From Bdellovibrionales bacterium (GTDB lineage Bacteria > Bdellovibrionota > Bdellovibrionia > Bdellovibrionales > UBA1609), in the NCBI GenBank assembly GCA_027317865.1, contig DAHVQG010000009.1, forward strand, positions 32,001-96,000: 64,000 nucleotides of DNA, given 5' to 3'. The position numbers and the translations under genes were made by a program. Below the pieces are notes generated by a model. The model ran no database searches, was not told where the DNA came from, and worked only from the letters and a program-made list of their open reading frames with translations. How positions within the stretch are numbered: position 1 is the first letter of the stretch; the number at the start of each line of letters is the position of its first letter. Below are positions 62,641 through 64,000 of this stretch, in pieces.

Positions 62641-63939
62641 CTAGTTTTGCGGTGAATTTGCGCCATCGCTCTGTGTGATTTGATTAATTTGGGGGACATT
62701 TAAAATTTCGGCACACGGCACTGTGGAGGCCCCGCCTTTAGCCGAAAACTTACTCCAAGCTATTCGCAATTGATTCGCTAATCCTTGCGTGGCACGGCCT
62801 AAATGAATCCGGACCGCATTATGCGTTCCAATATAAATCGTCAATCCTGTTAATATCGTTCCTAAAATGAACCGGTTCGACGTCGGGTCATTGTGACCGG
62901 CGATAATGAATGGTCCCAAAATTGACATAAAAAATGATCGAATCCAAGCGAAGCGGAACATAACCTTCACGAGTCTTGGCGGTGGATTTTCAAAACGAAT
63001 CCAGCGATACAGTGCCCGGCTGTAAAAAAACGAAGTGGCAAAACCGGCTACTGCCGTCCAGAAGATTTGCGGTGAAACACCCATTTGCCAATAAAGTGTT
63101 GTTGTCAAAAAACTGTAGCTCAACCAGGTCACGGCGCTCGTGAATTCGTAGTATGAACTCACACTGGCCACGACTTTCTTAAGCCCCAATCTTGCTAAAA
63201 ATTGCTTAAACCAAGTTTGGTTTAACCCCAGGTAACCGGCATCAGACGCGACGTGATAAATATTGGTCGCGTTAAACAAAATGCTCAAAGCGCCGCCGGT
63301 GAGCGCGGCCAACGCCAACGGTTGAAGTGGTACGTCTTTTATAAAGAAATAGACCCCGGCTGAGATTCCGGTTCGAGCAACGGCCCATCCAGCACCTTCG
63401 ATGCGGTCACTACGCGATAGTCCTGGATGTGACGGCAAACCGGCAGCCTTCACTCGAAGTCGCCATTTGTTTGCAATTCGCGCAAATGCACCACGTAGTC
63501 CCGTACCGTAATTCTGGCTTAACTGTTGATTCGACGGCGGATCTTCAACGAGTACGGTCTGAGCGCGATGCTCTTTCAGCGCCTTTGCAAGAGCCGGATG
63601 CTCGCTTATAAATGTGTCAGTTTCAGCTTTAGGTAGGTCTGACTCCACGACCACGGGACCGTCTGTAACCGCAATGTGCGCAGCCGCTTCGCCGACAACG
63701 GCGTCGATTACTTTATTGTTTATTTTGCCGTCTTCTGCCGAAGCGCTACCAGCTTCGGCGGTGATTTCAGCCTTTAGGCCGTCCGGCAAAACAAGATTTT
63801 CGTCGGCGCGTACAAGTTCCTGTAACGCGCCTTCGATAACGGGTAATGGCGGCGGTGAAGAGGTCGAAATATTCGAGTAACTGCCCACAGCTAAAGCGGT
63901 AGGCGTAGGCGACAGTTGAACAATGAAAAAAATCGTCAC
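62641..63939 (-). CDS. Hypothetical membrane protein
   Basis: 432-aa ORF with acidic N-domain and several hydrophobic segments; start uncertain. Confidence 0.7.
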   Translation of the reverse strand: MTIFFIVQLSPTPTALAVGSYSNISTSSPPPLPVIEGALQELVRADENLVLPDGLKAEITAEAGSASAEDGKINNKVIDAVVGEAAAHIAVTDGPVVVESDLPKAETDTFISEHPALAKALKEHRAQTVLVEDPPSNQQLSQNYGTGLRGAFARIANKWRLRVKAAGLPSHPGLSRSDRIEGAGWAVARTGISAGVYFFIKDVPLQPLALAALTGGALSILFNATNIYHVASDAGYLGLNQTWFKQFLARLGLKKVVASVSSYYEFTSAVTWLSYSFLTTTLYWQMGVSPQIFWTAVAGFATSFFYSRALYRWIRFENPPPRLVKVMFRFAWIRSFFMSILGPFIIAGHNDPTSNRFILGTILTGLTIYIGTHNAVRIHLGRATQGLANQLRIAWSKFSAKGGASTVPCAEILNVPQINQITQSDGANSPQN

Positions 63940-64000
63940 AATCAGCCATATCCAGCCGTTACGCCGTGATTTGGCATCGTTATGAGAAAGTTTATAGTTA

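Noticed and set aside
1-64000. CRISPR array, tRNA/rRNA, IS element, integrase or prophage
   Set aside because: No regularly spaced repeats, cloverleaf/T-loop signatures, transposase, recombinase or phage genes recognised by eye

Overview
A gene-dense bacterial chromosome segment, most likely from a predatory Bdellovibrionota (Bdellovibrionales-like) organism. The evidence is an HD-GYP protein closely resembling Bdellovibrio Bd1817 (recalled, not aligned), an FQNC-type lipoprotein, a vWA/CglB-like lipoprotein, many secreted hydrolases and several sigma28/sigma54-like promoters. I saw no rRNA, tRNA, CRISPR array, transposase or phage genes. Layout: 0-14 kb hybrid kinase plus secreted hydrolases; 14-20 kb polX, sodB, fluoride riboswitch-crcB and a 910-aa mosaic secreted protein; 20-42 kb signalling, ABC exporter and housekeeping genes (hisS, kynA/kynB, ltaE, hutG, queG, cca, sufE, yebC); 42-58 kb secreted and orphan genes; 58-64 kb BMP-family ABC importer. 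The most notable observations are: (1) an unannotated structured element at about 44.36-44.50 kb with a 14-nt match to the 16S 3' end, a 15-aa sORF and a second SD-like motif just before its stop; (2) an in-frame beta-carbonic anhydrase/SAM-methyltransferase fusion; (3) the Bd1817-type N-terminal domain reused on a long coiled-coil protein; (4) a fluoride riboswitch with an enlarged P3 and a clear SD-sequestering helix; (5) a hairpin-bridged SD upstream of yebC; (6) several apparently leaderless genes; (7) signs of an acidophilic lifestyle. All family calls come from reading motifs by eye, with no database searches.
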